Shown: positions 9,370 through 19,926, numbered from the stretch's first letter. The stretch: DNA of 64,000 bases from Sumerlaeia bacterium (GCA_040219255.1 JAVJSW010000012.1:90484-154483); one strand, 5' to 3'. A program made the numbers and translations. The notes: a model not told the origin generated them from the sequence alone.

Positions 9370-10350
9370 ATGACCCACTCCGATCCTCCTCCGCGGGAGG
9401 CCACCGCGCCTCCCGCCGCTCCCGCTCCCCCGCCGCCCTCCGTTTCCGTTGTCGTGCTGGCTTACAACAGCGCAGCCTTCCTTCCCATCTGCCTCGACGA
9501 ACTCGGCCGCAGCCAAGGCGTGACCTTGGAAGTCATCGTCGTGGACAACGCCTCGGCGGATGATTCGCACGCCATCGCTCAGGCCCACCCGGCCGTGGAT
9601 CGAGCCCTCCGCAGCGAGAAGAATCTCGGCTGCGCGGGCGGAAACAACCTGGGCTGGCGCGCGGCGAGCCATCCCCTCGTGGTGTTCCTCAACCCCGATT
9701 GCGCGGTGGACCGCCTGGCCGTGGCGCGGCTGGTGGCGCCTCTGATCGAGGACCCGGCGGTGGGTCTGACGGGGGCTAAGCTCTATTATCCCAACAGTCG
9801 AAGGCTCCAGCACGCGGGCGGCATCCTCTACACCAACGCGATGTGCGAACATCACGGGATGGGCAAAGAAGACCATGGCGAGTGGGACGATGTCTCGGAT
9901 GTGGACTACGTCACCGGCGCCTTCATCGCCGTGCGCCGTGCCGATCTCGAGGCCCTCGGCGGGTTCGACGAGGAATACTGGCCCGCCTACTACGAAGAAA
10001 CAGACCTCTGCACGCGGCTGCGGCGCTCCGCCAAGGCCGTGCGCTTCGTGCCCGCGGCGGTCGGTTGGCACTGGGAAAGCGTCGGCCTGGGCATCGAGAG
10101 CCCGCGCTTCATCCGCACCAGCTACCGCGCGCGCATGACCTATGTGGTGAAGAACGCGACGGCGGGCTGGTTTATGACCCGCTTTCTTCCCTTCGAAGTT
10201 CGTTGGTTTTGCGGGCCTTACGCCCGGGGCTATCGCTGGGCAACAATTTGCAGCTACGCCCATGGCGTCCGATTTGCTCTCTTCTGCCTTTCCCGGTTCC
10301 GCCGCCGGCCGCGCGCGAACCCACCCCGCCTTTCACGGACGGTCTCTTGA
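9370..10350 (+). CDS. Glycosyltransferase family 2
   Basis: SVVVLAYN, VVDNASAD, NLGCAGGNN, FLNPD, GGFDEEY..YYEETDLC. Confidence 0.92.
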   Translation: MTHSDPPPREATAPPAAPAPPPPSVSVVVLAYNSAAFLPICLDELGRSQGVTLEVIVVDNASADDSHAIAQAHPAVDRALRSEKNLGCAGGNNLGWRAASHPLVVFLNPDCAVDRLAVARLVAPLIEDPAVGLTGAKLYYPNSRRLQHAGGILYTNAMCEHHGMGKEDHGEWDDVSDVDYVTGAFIAVRRADLEALGGFDEEYWPAYYEETDLCTRLRRSAKAVRFVPAAVGWHWESVGLGIESPRFIRTSYRARMTYVVKNATAGWFMTRFLPFEVRWFCGPYARGYRWATICSYAHGVRFALFCLSRFRRRPRANPPRLSRTVS

Positions 10351-12107
10351 AAGCCCTTCTCGCTCTTAAAGTCTATCTCGTCAAGTATCGGTGGCGCTTC
10401 CTTTTCGGCATCGTCTTCGTTTTCTTCGCCAACTACTTCTCGGCCAAGGTGCCCGTGTACGCCGGCAAAGCGATCAACGGAATCACCGACCGTGCCACTT
10501 TGATGCAGGAACTCCGCGACGCCGCCTTGCTCCTGGTCTGCATCGCGGGGCTCGGCGGGGCCTTCCGCTACTTGATGCGCCGCGTCCTGATCGATACCAG
10601 TCGCGACATCGAATTCGACTTCCGCAACGACATCTACAAGAAGCTCCAGTCCCTCGACGCCACTTTCTACGATGGCAACAACACCGGCGATATCATGTCG
10701 CGCATGACCAACGATCTCGACATGATCCGCATGGTTCTGGGCCCGGCGATCATGTACACGGCGAACACGATTTTCGTGCTGCCGATCGTGCTCATTCAGA
10801 TGTTCCGCCTCAACTGGCAGGTCACCGTGGCGGGCCTGATGCCGCTCGTGCTGCTGCCCGCGCTGGTCAAGATCTTCGGCGCCCGCCTCCACCACGGCTA
10901 TCGCGCCCAGCAGGACGCCCTCGGCGATCTGACCACCTACACCCAGGAATCCCTCGCCGGAATCCGGGTCGTGAAGGCTTACGCGCAGGAGCAAAACCAG
11001 GAGCGCAAGTTCGACGCGGAAAACGACCACTACATCAAGGTCTCCCTCGACCTCGCCAAGACGCTGGCCTACTTCCGCCCGGCGATTCAGCTCATCGCTG
11101 GCAGCGGCCTCGCCATCATCCTCGTGGTGGGCGCGCGCCAGATCATGGCGGGCTCGCTCGATTACGGCGACCTGACGGCGCTGCTGCTGCTCTTCGGCAT
11201 GCTGGTCTGGCCCATGATCGCCGCGGGGTGGGTGATCAACCTGTACCAGCGCGCCAACTCCGCCATGGAACGCATCGCTGGAATCACGGAAGCCAAGTCG
11301 ATGGTCGGCGATTCGCCCACCGCCGTCTCCGCCGCCGATTTGCCCGGCGACCTCGACGTCGAATTCCGCGATCTGACCTTCGCCTATCCCGGCGCCGAGG
11401 AAGAACCGGTTCTCAAAAACATCACCCTCAAGATCCCGTCGGGCACCACCCTGGGCATCATCGGCCGCGTCGGCGCGGGCAAGAGCACCCTCGTCCATCT
11501 GCTGCTGCGCCTCTATCCGGTCGAGCGGGGCCAGCTCTTCCTTGGCGGCATCGACATCAATGACTGGCCCCTGGCCGAGCTGCGGCGCCGCGTCGCCATC
11601 GTGTTCCAGGAAACCTTCCTCTTCAGCGACACGCTCTCGGAAAACATCCGCTTCGGCGCGCTGAGTGAACTGACCCAGGAGCAAATCGAAGACGCCGCCC
11701 GCCAGGCCAACGTTCACGACGACATCGCCGGTTTCCCCAAGGGCTACGAGACGATGCTCGGCGAGCGCGGCATCAACCTCTCCGGTGGCCAGAAACAGCG
11801 CACCGCCATCGCCCGCGCCCTGGTGCGCGATTCTTCGCTGCTGATCCTCGATGACGCCCTCTCGGCGGTCGATACGCAGACCGAGGAGCAAATCCTCGGG
11901 CACCTGGAAACGGTGATGGCGAACCGCAGTGTTTTCCTGATTTCCCATCGCATCTCAACGGTCTCGATGGCCGATCACATTATCGTTCTGGAGGACGGAG
12001 TCATCACCGCCCAAGGCCGCCACGAAAGCCTCCTCGCCCAGCCCGGTCTCTATACCGAGTTGCACCGCAAGCAACTCCTCGAAGAGGAGGTGGAAGCCAT
12101 TGGCTAA
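10347..12107 (+). CDS. ABC exporter ATP-binding/permease (MdlA/YheI-like)
   Basis: TM domain, TGDIMSRMTND, GRVGAGKST, LSGGQKQR, degenerate Walker B ILDDALSAVD. TTG start overlaps the GT2 stop. Confidence 0.93.
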   Translation: MKALLALKVYLVKYRWRFLFGIVFVFFANYFSAKVPVYAGKAINGITDRATLMQELRDAALLLVCIAGLGGAFRYLMRRVLIDTSRDIEFDFRNDIYKKLQSLDATFYDGNNTGDIMSRMTNDLDMIRMVLGPAIMYTANTIFVLPIVLIQMFRLNWQVTVAGLMPLVLLPALVKIFGARLHHGYRAQQDALGDLTTYTQESLAGIRVVKAYAQEQNQERKFDAENDHYIKVSLDLAKTLAYFRPAIQLIAGSGLAIILVVGARQIMAGSLDYGDLTALLLLFGMLVWPMIAAGWVINLYQRANSAMERIAGITEAKSMVGDSPTAVSAADLPGDLDVEFRDLTFAYPGAEEEPVLKNITLKIPSGTTLGIIGRVGAGKSTLVHLLLRLYPVERGQLFLGGIDINDWPLAELRRRVAIVFQETFLFSDTLSENIRFGALSELTQEQIEDAARQANVHDDIAGFPKGYETMLGERGINLSGGQKQRTAIARALVRDSSLLILDDALSAVDTQTEEQILGHLETVMANRSVFLISHRISTVSMADHIIVLEDGVITAQGRHESLLAQPGLYTELHRKQLLEEEVEAIG

Positions 12108-14019
12108 GCCCGATTCGCACGCGCACGATCCGCAGGAAAACGCCGAAACCCCGGGAACGCAGGCGCCCCCCGCCCCCGGCACCGGCCATGGCCGCGTTCA
12201 GAACCCATCGCCTCAGGCCCGGCCACGCCGCGCCAAGAAGGCCGAGGTGGAGGAAGAAGCGCTCGAGTCCTTTGAAGACTGGACCCAGATCAAGCGCCTC
12301 GCGCGCTATCTCAAGCCCCGCAAAGGCGCCATCGCCCTCGCCGTCTTCCTTTCCATCATCATCGCCGGTTTGCAGCTCGCCCCCGGCCTGATGGTCAAAC
12401 CCATCGTGGACGATTACATCGTGCCGGGCAACTGGACCGGCGTGATCTGGATGGCCGGGATCCTTCTCGTGATCTTCCTGGTCATGTTCGGCCTGCAAGT
12501 TTACACCGAATACCAGATCGCCAAGATCGGCCAGCTCTCCATGCGCGATCTGCGCATGGACCTCTTCCGCCACATCAACAAGCAGGGCCTCGGCTTCTTC
12601 GACAAGCGCCCCGTCGGCTGGCTCATCACCCGCGTCACCAGCGACGTCAACGTCCTCAACGAACTCTTCGCCCAGGGCGTCGTGGGCATTTTCCAGCAGA
12701 TGTTCATGCTCGTCGGCATCGTCGTCGCGCTTCTGTTCTTGAACTGGCAACTCGCTCTCTGGACCTTCCTGGTGATCCCGGTGGTCATCGCGCTGTCGTG
12801 GTTTTTCCGCACCCGGGTCCGGCTCGGCTATCGCCTGACGAGGCTTCGGCTTTCGCGCCTCAACACCCACACCCAGGAAAACGTGACCGGTATGAAAACC
12901 GTTCACGCCAATACCCAGGAGCAACGCCAGTTCGGCCAGTTCGAACACCTCAACGATCTGCATCGCGACGCCCATTATCGCACAGTGTTCGCCTTCGCGA
13001 CCTACTTTCCGGCCATCGAAGTCATTTCCGCCGTCGGCCTCGCGCTGATCGTCTGGCAGGGCGGCCACCAGTTCACCCTCCAGATGGTCACCGTCGGCGA
13101 ACTCCTCGCCTTCGTGCTCCTTTTGGAACGCTTCTTCGCCCCGATCCGGGACCTGAGCGAAAAGTTCAATCTCGTTCAGTCCGCCATCGCCGCCAGCGAG
13201 CGCCTCTTCAAGATTTTCGACACCGCGCCCAAGATCAACGATCCCGAATCCCCCGCCGCCATGCCGATCAAGTCCGGCATGATCGAGTTCCGCGACGTCT
13301 GGTTCGCGTACAACGATGAGGACTGGGTGCTGAAGGGCGTAAGTTTCAAAGTGCAACATGGGCAGAAAATCGCACTCGTTGGTCCTACTGGCTCGGGCAA
13401 AACTACAATGATGGCGCTGTTATGCCGTTTCTACGACATTCAGAAGGGCGAAATCCTGCTCGACGGTGTCAATATTCAACACCTGCCCCAGAAACAGTTG
13501 CGCCAGCGCATCGCTATCGTGCTCCAGGACGTCTTCCTCTTCCGCGGCACGGTGCTCGACAACATCCGCCTCGGCGAGTCCGACGCGCGCATTAATGGGC
13601 AGCGCGCCGAAATGGTGGCCACGGCCGTCAACGCTCACACGTTCATCGAGCGCCTGCCCGGGGGCTACGACGCCAACGTCATGGAGCGGGGCGCCACTTT
13701 GTCCGTCGGCCAGAAGCAACTGCTCTCTTTCGCGCGGGCGCTGGCTTTCGATCCCGAGATTCTTGTCCTGGACGAAGCGACCTCGAACATCGACACGGAG
13801 ACGGAGCATTTGATCCAGGCCGCCATGGAGCGGCTGGTGGAGGGCCGCACGTCGATGATTATCGCCCATCGTCTCTCGACGATACAATCCTGCGACCGTA
13901 TTCTCGTGCTGCACCATGGGCATTTGGTGGAAGAAGGATCGCATCAGGAGCTGCTGGGGCGCGACGGTCTCTATCGGCGTCTCTATGAGCTACAATATCG
14001 CGAGCAAGCCGCCGTTTAG
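12100..14019 (+). CDS. ABC exporter ATP-binding/permease (MdlB/YheH-like), heterodimer partner
   Basis: GPTGSGKTT, LSVGQKQL, LDEATSNID, IAHRLST. Confidence 0.93.
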   Translation: MAKPDSHAHDPQENAETPGTQAPPAPGTGHGRVQNPSPQARPRRAKKAEVEEEALESFEDWTQIKRLARYLKPRKGAIALAVFLSIIIAGLQLAPGLMVKPIVDDYIVPGNWTGVIWMAGILLVIFLVMFGLQVYTEYQIAKIGQLSMRDLRMDLFRHINKQGLGFFDKRPVGWLITRVTSDVNVLNELFAQGVVGIFQQMFMLVGIVVALLFLNWQLALWTFLVIPVVIALSWFFRTRVRLGYRLTRLRLSRLNTHTQENVTGMKTVHANTQEQRQFGQFEHLNDLHRDAHYRTVFAFATYFPAIEVISAVGLALIVWQGGHQFTLQMVTVGELLAFVLLLERFFAPIRDLSEKFNLVQSAIAASERLFKIFDTAPKINDPESPAAMPIKSGMIEFRDVWFAYNDEDWVLKGVSFKVQHGQKIALVGPTGSGKTTMMALLCRFYDIQKGEILLDGVNIQHLPQKQLRQRIAIVLQDVFLFRGTVLDNIRLGESDARINGQRAEMVATAVNAHTFIERLPGGYDANVMERGATLSVGQKQLLSFARALAFDPEILVLDEATSNIDTETEHLIQAAMERLVEGRTSMIIAHRLSTIQSCDRILVLHHGHLVEEGSHQELLGRDGLYRRLYELQYREQAAV

Positions 14020-14529
14020 GGCCGGAATCTGGGCGAACGGGCGAGGCCTTCCCGGCCATGTCCTCGTCAAAACCTCGACAAATCCACCACTTTTGTCTTA
14101 GGTAAATGAGCGTACACTTTTCCATTGCGGTTGCTGGCCCGATGTGTGCAACTGTTTGCCTTCGGTTGGGACGAAGCCCTTCACGTTGGCTCCAAAGTTG
14201 CGGCAATGACTCAGAACCGGGACATTGCACCGCCTTTGGCCGGCAAAAAAGGGCTTGTGCCGGGACGGGCCGGGAACGCAGAGATTACAACCTTCGCCAA
14301 GAATGGCACGGTTTTCTCTAACTCAGTTGACGAGCCCGAGAAGCTGGACGACACTTCCAAGGTGAGTCGAACCTCGACTCCCGGAAACGAATCCAGAAAC
14401 CGGCCACCCAAAAAATTTGCGAAAACGGTCACGCGAGGAGGAACAAACAACCAACCCCTACTGTCTAACGATTTGCTCAGTCATGGTGGGCTTTGCCAAT
14501 TGAGGCGACTCTCCGGACACCCGTCCGGG

Positions 14530-14686
14530 TTTTTCCCTCCTACTAACATCCCTCGCTCCCGAAAAGGGACAAACTTCCCTCCCAATCACATCCCTCCAAT
14601 AGAACATCCCTCCTCACAATTCCCTCTATTGGTTCCACCAGGCTAACACCGGCCCCCGCCACCCCGGCGGGGGCCGCGCTGTTTTT
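14530..14686. ncRNA. Candidate sRNA with six CCCTC (+)/GAGGGA (-) repeats
   Basis: ACATCCCTC three times and TTCCCTC three times within about 100 bp of a long intergenic region, followed by a GC hairpin and T-run. Confidence 0.35.
14651..14686 (+). terminator. Rho-independent terminator-like hairpin
   Basis: GGCCCCCGCC-acccc-GGCGGGGGCC followed shortly by GTTTTT. Confidence 0.6.
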
Positions 14687-14796
14687 ACTCGCCCAAGCCA
14701 TTTTTTACCCGTTGCTCCCGCTCCTCGCCTCGACTTCAACAGCCGTTCAAGTCCCACAAAGTTTAGCCCTAATCCAGCGTTTGGGAGACATCCGTC

Positions 14797-16017
14797 ATGT
14801 TTGGACGCAAGAAGTTCGAAGACCTCTATGAAGACGCCGTCGAGGCCTATCAGGAGGGCGATCTCGACGAAGCCACGCGCCTTTGCGAGAAGGCCCTCGA
14901 CGCCGCCGGCAGCGCCAAGAGCAACCCCGATTCGGCCCGCGGCGAAGCCCTCAACCTCCTCGCCGGGATCTACCGACATCAGGACCGCCTCGAGGAAGCC
15001 CGCGAAGCCATGCTCGAAGCCCTTCCCCTCCTGGAGAAAGACCGCGGCGAAGACGACGTCGACTTCGCCGGCGCCGTGCAGAACGCCGGCGATCTTTGCC
15101 TTCAGACGGGCGATCTGGCCCGGGCCCGAACCCTCCTGCAAAAGGCCCTCGCCCTGAAGGCGAAGGTCGCTGGCGAAGACCACGAAGTCCTCTGGTTGCC
15201 TTACGCCTCGCTGGCCACACTGGAGGAAGAAGAGGGCAACGACGGGAAGGCCGCCGAGTTGTTCGCCAAGGCTCTGAAGGCCGCCGCCCACGACGGCAGC
15301 GGCGACACCTTGGCCAGCCTGGTGGAAAAACGCGTCGAGGAACTGATCGGCATGGGCCGCGGCGAGGACGCGGCGGAGTTCGCCGAGAAGGGCCAGGCGC
15401 TCCTGCGGGAGGTTTTCGAGCAGGACATCACGCCCTACACCGAGGCGGAGGTGAAGACCTGGGTGTTCGATTTCCAGCTCGCCCAGATGGTGCGACGCTG
15501 CACGATGTATCAGGAATCGGGCATTTTGCCGCACCCCCTGGTGCAAGTGATGCAGGCCCGCGCCAGCGCTCTGACGGCGGCCGAGCGGTATGCCGGCGCC
15601 GTCGCCGTGTTCGAAGAAGTGGACGCCGCGGCCCAGCGGGGCCGGCGGTTGTCGGGCCCCGAGGCGCGCTACCCTGAGGACATGCACCTGGACTCGCTGG
15701 CGCGGCGCGAATTCGATGCCGCCAATCCTCTCGCGCCGGAGCCGGACACGAAGGAAGCGGCGATGATGAGCCTGGACGGCAACGCGGAGGACCCGAAGCT
15801 GCTGATCGACCGCGCCCAGTTCCAGTACCGCTTCGCCCTGGCGCTTCATTTCCTGGGCCAGCAGACCAAGGACGCGGCGGCGCTGCGCCGGGCCGAGGAA
15901 CGCTATCTTTGGGCCGAGCCGATGTTCCAGCAGATCGTCCCGCCGCACCACCCGTTCTTCCAGGAATGGAACGCCAACCTGGCCGAGGTGCGCGAGGACT
16001 TGGCGGCGATGGGGTGA
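14797..16017 (+). CDS. Tetratricopeptide repeat protein
   Basis: TPR-like helices (ALNLLAGIYRHQDRLEEA; NAGDLCLQTGDLARARTLLQKAL); GGGAG RBS. Confidence 0.8.
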   Translation: MFGRKKFEDLYEDAVEAYQEGDLDEATRLCEKALDAAGSAKSNPDSARGEALNLLAGIYRHQDRLEEAREAMLEALPLLEKDRGEDDVDFAGAVQNAGDLCLQTGDLARARTLLQKALALKAKVAGEDHEVLWLPYASLATLEEEEGNDGKAAELFAKALKAAAHDGSGDTLASLVEKRVEELIGMGRGEDAAEFAEKGQALLREVFEQDITPYTEAEVKTWVFDFQLAQMVRRCTMYQESGILPHPLVQVMQARASALTAAERYAGAVAVFEEVDAAAQRGRRLSGPEARYPEDMHLDSLARREFDAANPLAPEPDTKEAAMMSLDGNAEDPKLLIDRAQFQYRFALALHFLGQQTKDAAALRRAEERYLWAEPMFQQIVPPHHPFFQEWNANLAEVREDLAAMG

Positions 16018-16038
16018 GAGGGTATTTCCCCGCGCCGC

Positions 16039-17208
16039 CTACACCTCCCAAATCACCGGCCAGGACTTCGTCCTGGGGTCGCGATAGCGCACGGCGAAAC
16101 GCTGGGCCTGATGATTTGTGCGGACGACGATTTCGCTGTTGAATCGAAGAAAACGCGGCATCAGTTCAAAAGGCAGTTCCTTTTCCCAATCGGTCTCGCG
16201 AGCCTGACGGAGAAGCTCGTCGAGCGACTGCGCGGGAGCGATGCGGTCGAGGGCCTGCCGGGCGGCGTGGGGGGCATTGGGGCGGGTGTCGCGGGCGAGG
16301 ACTTCGAGTTCCTCCTTGGCGGGCGACCACTTCCTGAGGCCGAGGCTTTCGGCGGCTTGGGCGGCGGTGAAGAAGTTGGGGTCGCGCAGGAACGGCACCA
16401 GCCACTGCGATTCCTCGCGGGGAAGGAAGGCGCAGATAGCGCGGTGGAGCGCTCCGGCGTGGAACCTGCCGGAGTCGTCCGGAGTCTTGTGACGTTCGTA
16501 GGCTTGCCTCAGGAGCGCCACCCGTTGCCGATCCGCCGGGTGCTCGCGTCCGGGCATCAAGCCGGGCCCGGGAAAATCCGCGGGCAGATCGCGAAAACCC
16601 GGGAAGCTCTCGGTCGCCGAAGGCACGAACCGGCGCCAGATGCGCCCGGCCTGCTTCTCCGCGATCAATTCCATCGAATCGCGGGGATGGCGGCAGCGGC
16701 TCTCGCTTTGGAAAATGTACCAGCGCTTGAGTTCCTCGGCGACCGGGTCGCGGCGATTCTCCCACTTTTCCAGCCGCCGCTCGTTGCGCACAGCCGCCAT
16801 CAGGTCCCGGAGGAGCGATGGCAGGCCGCGGTTGATCAGGCTGAGGGGATGGCCGTCGTGCTCCATTTCGACGATATGGCCGGTGAAAGGCTCGGCGAAG
16901 CAGTAGCCCAAGTAGTCGCTGTTGTCGTTGGTCCAGAGGAAGCGGAGTCCGAGGACTTCCCGGATGGGGTCGCGGAACCATTCGCGGCAGGAGGCTTCGA
17001 ACGCGGCGGCTTCGCGCAGGGTCATCAGGCGGTAGCCCCAGCCATCGGGGGCGGTGGAGCCGTCGTGATGCCGATAGAGGGCGCGCAGATCGGAGGGAAA
17101 GGTCACGCCGAGTTGCCGTTCGGCCTCGGCGATCGCCGCGGGCGAGGCGGACGGGCCGAAACGCGAGCCTTGCCACGCCATCTTGACATGATACCATGAG
17201 AGGAGCAT
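16039..17208 (-). CDS. SMI1/KNR4 (SUKH) domain protein with C-terminal HEAT-like repeats
   Basis: PSASPAAIAEAERQLGVTFPSDLRALYRHHDG...NSDYLGY; LVPFLRDPNFFTAAQAAESLG. Start at 17208 or 17181; the rest of ORF 16039..18771 is antisense shadow. Confidence 0.75.
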   Translation of the reverse strand: MLLSWYHVKMAWQGSRFGPSASPAAIAEAERQLGVTFPSDLRALYRHHDGSTAPDGWGYRLMTLREAAAFEASCREWFRDPIREVLGLRFLWTNDNSDYLGYCFAEPFTGHIVEMEHDGHPLSLINRGLPSLLRDLMAAVRNERRLEKWENRRDPVAEELKRWYIFQSESRCRHPRDSMELIAEKQAGRIWRRFVPSATESFPGFRDLPADFPGPGLMPGREHPADRQRVALLRQAYERHKTPDDSGRFHAGALHRAICAFLPREESQWLVPFLRDPNFFTAAQAAESLGLRKWSPAKEELEVLARDTRPNAPHAARQALDRIAPAQSLDELLRQARETDWEKELPFELMPRFLRFNSEIVVRTNHQAQRFAVRYRDPRTKSWPVIWEV

Positions 17209-17355
17209 CGTGCGGCCACCCCCGTTCTGCGATCGATGGAGGCAGAATTCGCTGGCGCCTGGCGGGCGCAAGCCCAGACCGCCTTGGCACGGACTTCTCT
17301 TCTTGTACCGCCCGCCGCCGTGCGCGGCGTATTTCCTCGAAGGATTGACGGTCTT

Positions 17356-18837
17356 ATGGCTGATGCCACGACGCCCCCGGCGATTGCGACTCTTGGCGAG
17401 TTGAAGGCGAGCGGCTGGAAAAGCCGGTCGGTGAAGGATGAGTTGCGCGAGAACTTGATCGTCAAGCTGCGCGCCGGTGAGACGGTCTTTCCTGGCATTG
17501 TCGGTTACGACAAAACGGTCATCCCTCAGGTCATCGCCGCCGTTCTGGCGCGCCACGATTTCCTGCTGCTGGGGCTGCGCGGTCAGGCCAAGACGCGCAT
17601 GATCCGCCAATTGGTGAACATCCTGGACGAATGGATGCCGGTGCTGGGCGGGTCGGCCATCAACGAGGATCCCTACCACCCGGTCACGACCCGCAGCAAA
17701 CGGCTGATCGCCGATCAGGGCGACGCGGCGCCGATTACCTGGGTGCATCGGTCGATGCGGTATCAGGAGAAGCTGGCCACGCCGGACGTGGCGATCGCCG
17801 ACCTGATCGGCGACATCGATCCCATCAAGGCGGTCAGCAAGAAGCTCGATTTCAGCGACGAGGAAGTGATCCACTATGGCATCATCCCCCGGACGAACCG
17901 GGGCATTTTCGCCATCAATGAATTGCCGGACTTGCAGGGCCGCATCCAGGTCGGTCTGCTGAACATTATGGAGGAGAAGGACATCCAGATCCGAGGCTTC
18001 CCGGTGCGGCTGCCACTGGACCTGGCTCTGGTGTTCACGGCCAACCCGGAGGATTACACCAACCGCGGCAACATCATCACGCCTCTGAAGGACCGCATCG
18101 ACGCGCAGATCCTGACGCACTATCCAGAGAACATCGAGGACGCGCGGCGCATCACGGAGCAGGAAGCCTGGACGGACCGGGAGAGCACCGTCCACGTGCC
18201 GGCGCTGATTTCGGAAGCGATCGAGCAGATCGCCGTGGAAGCGCGCGACAGCGACTTCGTGGACAAATCCTCGGGCGTCAGCGCCCGCATGGCCATCAGT
18301 TACCTGGAAACGGTCTTCAGCGTGGCGGAGACGCGCGCGGTGGTGCATGGCGAGCGGGAGGCGACGGCGCGCTTCACGGATCTGTTCCAGAGCATTCCGG
18401 CGCTGACGGGCAAGATCGAGCTGGTCTACAAGGGCGAGCAGGAGGGCGTGGCGAACGTGGCGATTCACCTGATCGGCCGCGCCCTGCGCCATCAATTCAA
18501 CAGCCGCGTGGTGGAGAATTACCGCCGAGGCCGCGACCGCAAAGCGGACTTCAGCCGGTTCCAGCCTATCGTCGACTGGTTCGAAGCGGGCAACCAACTG
18601 CACCTGACCGCGGAGATGAGTCAGGCGGAGTACGAGGCGGCGCTGAAAGAAGTGACGGGCCTGGAGCAGATCACCCGCGAGCTGAGCCTGAGCGAGAAGG
18701 CGGGCGAGCTGCCGGTGATGATGGAGTTCGTGATCGAGGGCCTGCATCAGAACTTCCTCCTGACGAAGCACATCCGCGACGCGCGGATCACCTATACGGA
18801 CGCGGTGGCGTACATGATGAACGAGTTGGCGGACTGA
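17356..18837 (+). CDS. AAA+ ATPase, magnesium chelatase ChlI/MoxR-like family
   Basis: TLGELKASGW..RSVKDELRENL, GLRGQAKTR, RYQEKLATPD, NRGIFAINELPDL, TANPEDYTNRG. Confidence 0.88.
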   Translation: MADATTPPAIATLGELKASGWKSRSVKDELRENLIVKLRAGETVFPGIVGYDKTVIPQVIAAVLARHDFLLLGLRGQAKTRMIRQLVNILDEWMPVLGGSAINEDPYHPVTTRSKRLIADQGDAAPITWVHRSMRYQEKLATPDVAIADLIGDIDPIKAVSKKLDFSDEEVIHYGIIPRTNRGIFAINELPDLQGRIQVGLLNIMEEKDIQIRGFPVRLPLDLALVFTANPEDYTNRGNIITPLKDRIDAQILTHYPENIEDARRITEQEAWTDRESTVHVPALISEAIEQIAVEARDSDFVDKSSGVSARMAISYLETVFSVAETRAVVHGEREATARFTDLFQSIPALTGKIELVYKGEQEGVANVAIHLIGRALRHQFNSRVVENYRRGRDRKADFSRFQPIVDWFEAGNQLHLTAEMSQAEYEAALKEVTGLEQITRELSLSEKAGELPVMMEFVIEGLHQNFLLTKHIRDARITYTDAVAYMMNELAD

Positions 18838-18842
18838 CGCCG

Positions 18843-19775
18843 GTGGCGGATGGCGAAACGCGGCTGGGGCCGCTGGTGCTGAAACCGGGGGACGGGCCCC
18901 GGATCATGGCGATTATCAACGCGAGCCCGGAGTCGTTCTTCGCCGGTTCGGTGGCTGCCGGGCGCGACGCGGTGCGCGCGGCGGCGAGCCTGGCCACCGA
19001 GGCCGGGGCGGATATCCTGGACATCGGGGCGATGTCCACGGCGCCCTATAAGGAAACACACGTCTCGCCCGCGGAGGAAGAGGAGCGCATGGCGGAAGCC
19101 GTGGCCGCCGCCCGCGAGGCCACGGACCTGCCGATCAGCGCCGACACGCAGCGCGCCAACGTGGCCCGCGCCGCCATCGAGGCGGGAGCCTGCATTGTCA
19201 ACGACGTGATGGGCTTCGCGGGGGACGAGGACATGGCGGCGGTGGTGGACGAAACCGGTGCCGGTTGCGTCCTGATGGCGAACGAGAACGCCCTCGCGAA
19301 CCCAGAGGCGGAGGATCCGCGCGACGTGCTCGAGTTGTGCGAAGCGCTGCTGCGCGAGGCCCTCGCCCGGGCGGAGGAGTCGGGAATTCCCCGAGAGCGG
19401 ATCGTGCTGGACCCGGGCGTGGGGTTTTTCCGGCGGCGCGCGGAGGTCTGGGCGCGAACCCATGAGCCGCCGCTGGGCCGGCCGAAGGGCTTTTTCAGCC
19501 GGGGCTATCCCTACTGGGCCCAGTACGACCTGGCGCTGCTGCGGGGCGTGGGGGAGCTGGGGCGGCGGATGGGCTACCCGATGCTGGTGAGCGCGTCGCG
19601 CAAGTCGATGTTCAAGGCTTTGCTGGGCCAGCAGGATCCGGCGGACCGGCTGGCGGGGTCGTTGGCGGTGGCGGCCTGGTGCGCCGCGCAGGGCGTGGCG
19701 ATCGTCCGCACCCACGACGTGGCGGAAACCTGCGACGTGGTGCGGATGTGGCGATTGCTGGGGAATGGCGCCTGA
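18843..19775 (+). CDS. folP: Dihydropteroate synthase
   Basis: IINASPESF, DIGAMST, ISADT, IVNDV, LDPGVGF, SRKS, IVRTHDV. Confidence 0.92.
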   Translation: MADGETRLGPLVLKPGDGPRIMAIINASPESFFAGSVAAGRDAVRAAASLATEAGADILDIGAMSTAPYKETHVSPAEEEERMAEAVAAAREATDLPISADTQRANVARAAIEAGACIVNDVMGFAGDEDMAAVVDETGAGCVLMANENALANPEAEDPRDVLELCEALLREALARAEESGIPRERIVLDPGVGFFRRRAEVWARTHEPPLGRPKGFFSRGYPYWAQYDLALLRGVGELGRRMGYPMLVSASRKSMFKALLGQQDPADRLAGSLAVAAWCAAQGVAIVRTHDVAETCDVVRMWRLLGNGA

Positions 19776-19857
19776 TGGCCAGGCATTGTTGAGTAGGCTG
19801 CGGGTCTGGGTGGTCATGGGGTGGGTGCTCCCTCGGAAGTGACGATCTGAGGGAAGT

Positions 19858-19926
19858 GTCTCACAGGCGAATCCGTTTGTCCCCTCATGTGGAGACTACG
19901 GAGCAAGATAGACAAGATACACATAA
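19858..19926 (+). repeat. Dispersed ~70-80 bp element, copy 2
   Basis: GTCTCACAGGC..GTTTGTCCCCTCATGTGGAGACTACGGAGCAAGATAGACAAGATACAC. Confidence 0.85.

Noticed and set aside
14125-14646. 173-aa ORF in the intergenic region
   Set aside because: Atypical codon usage and low-complexity translation of the CCCTC repeats; no recognisable domain.
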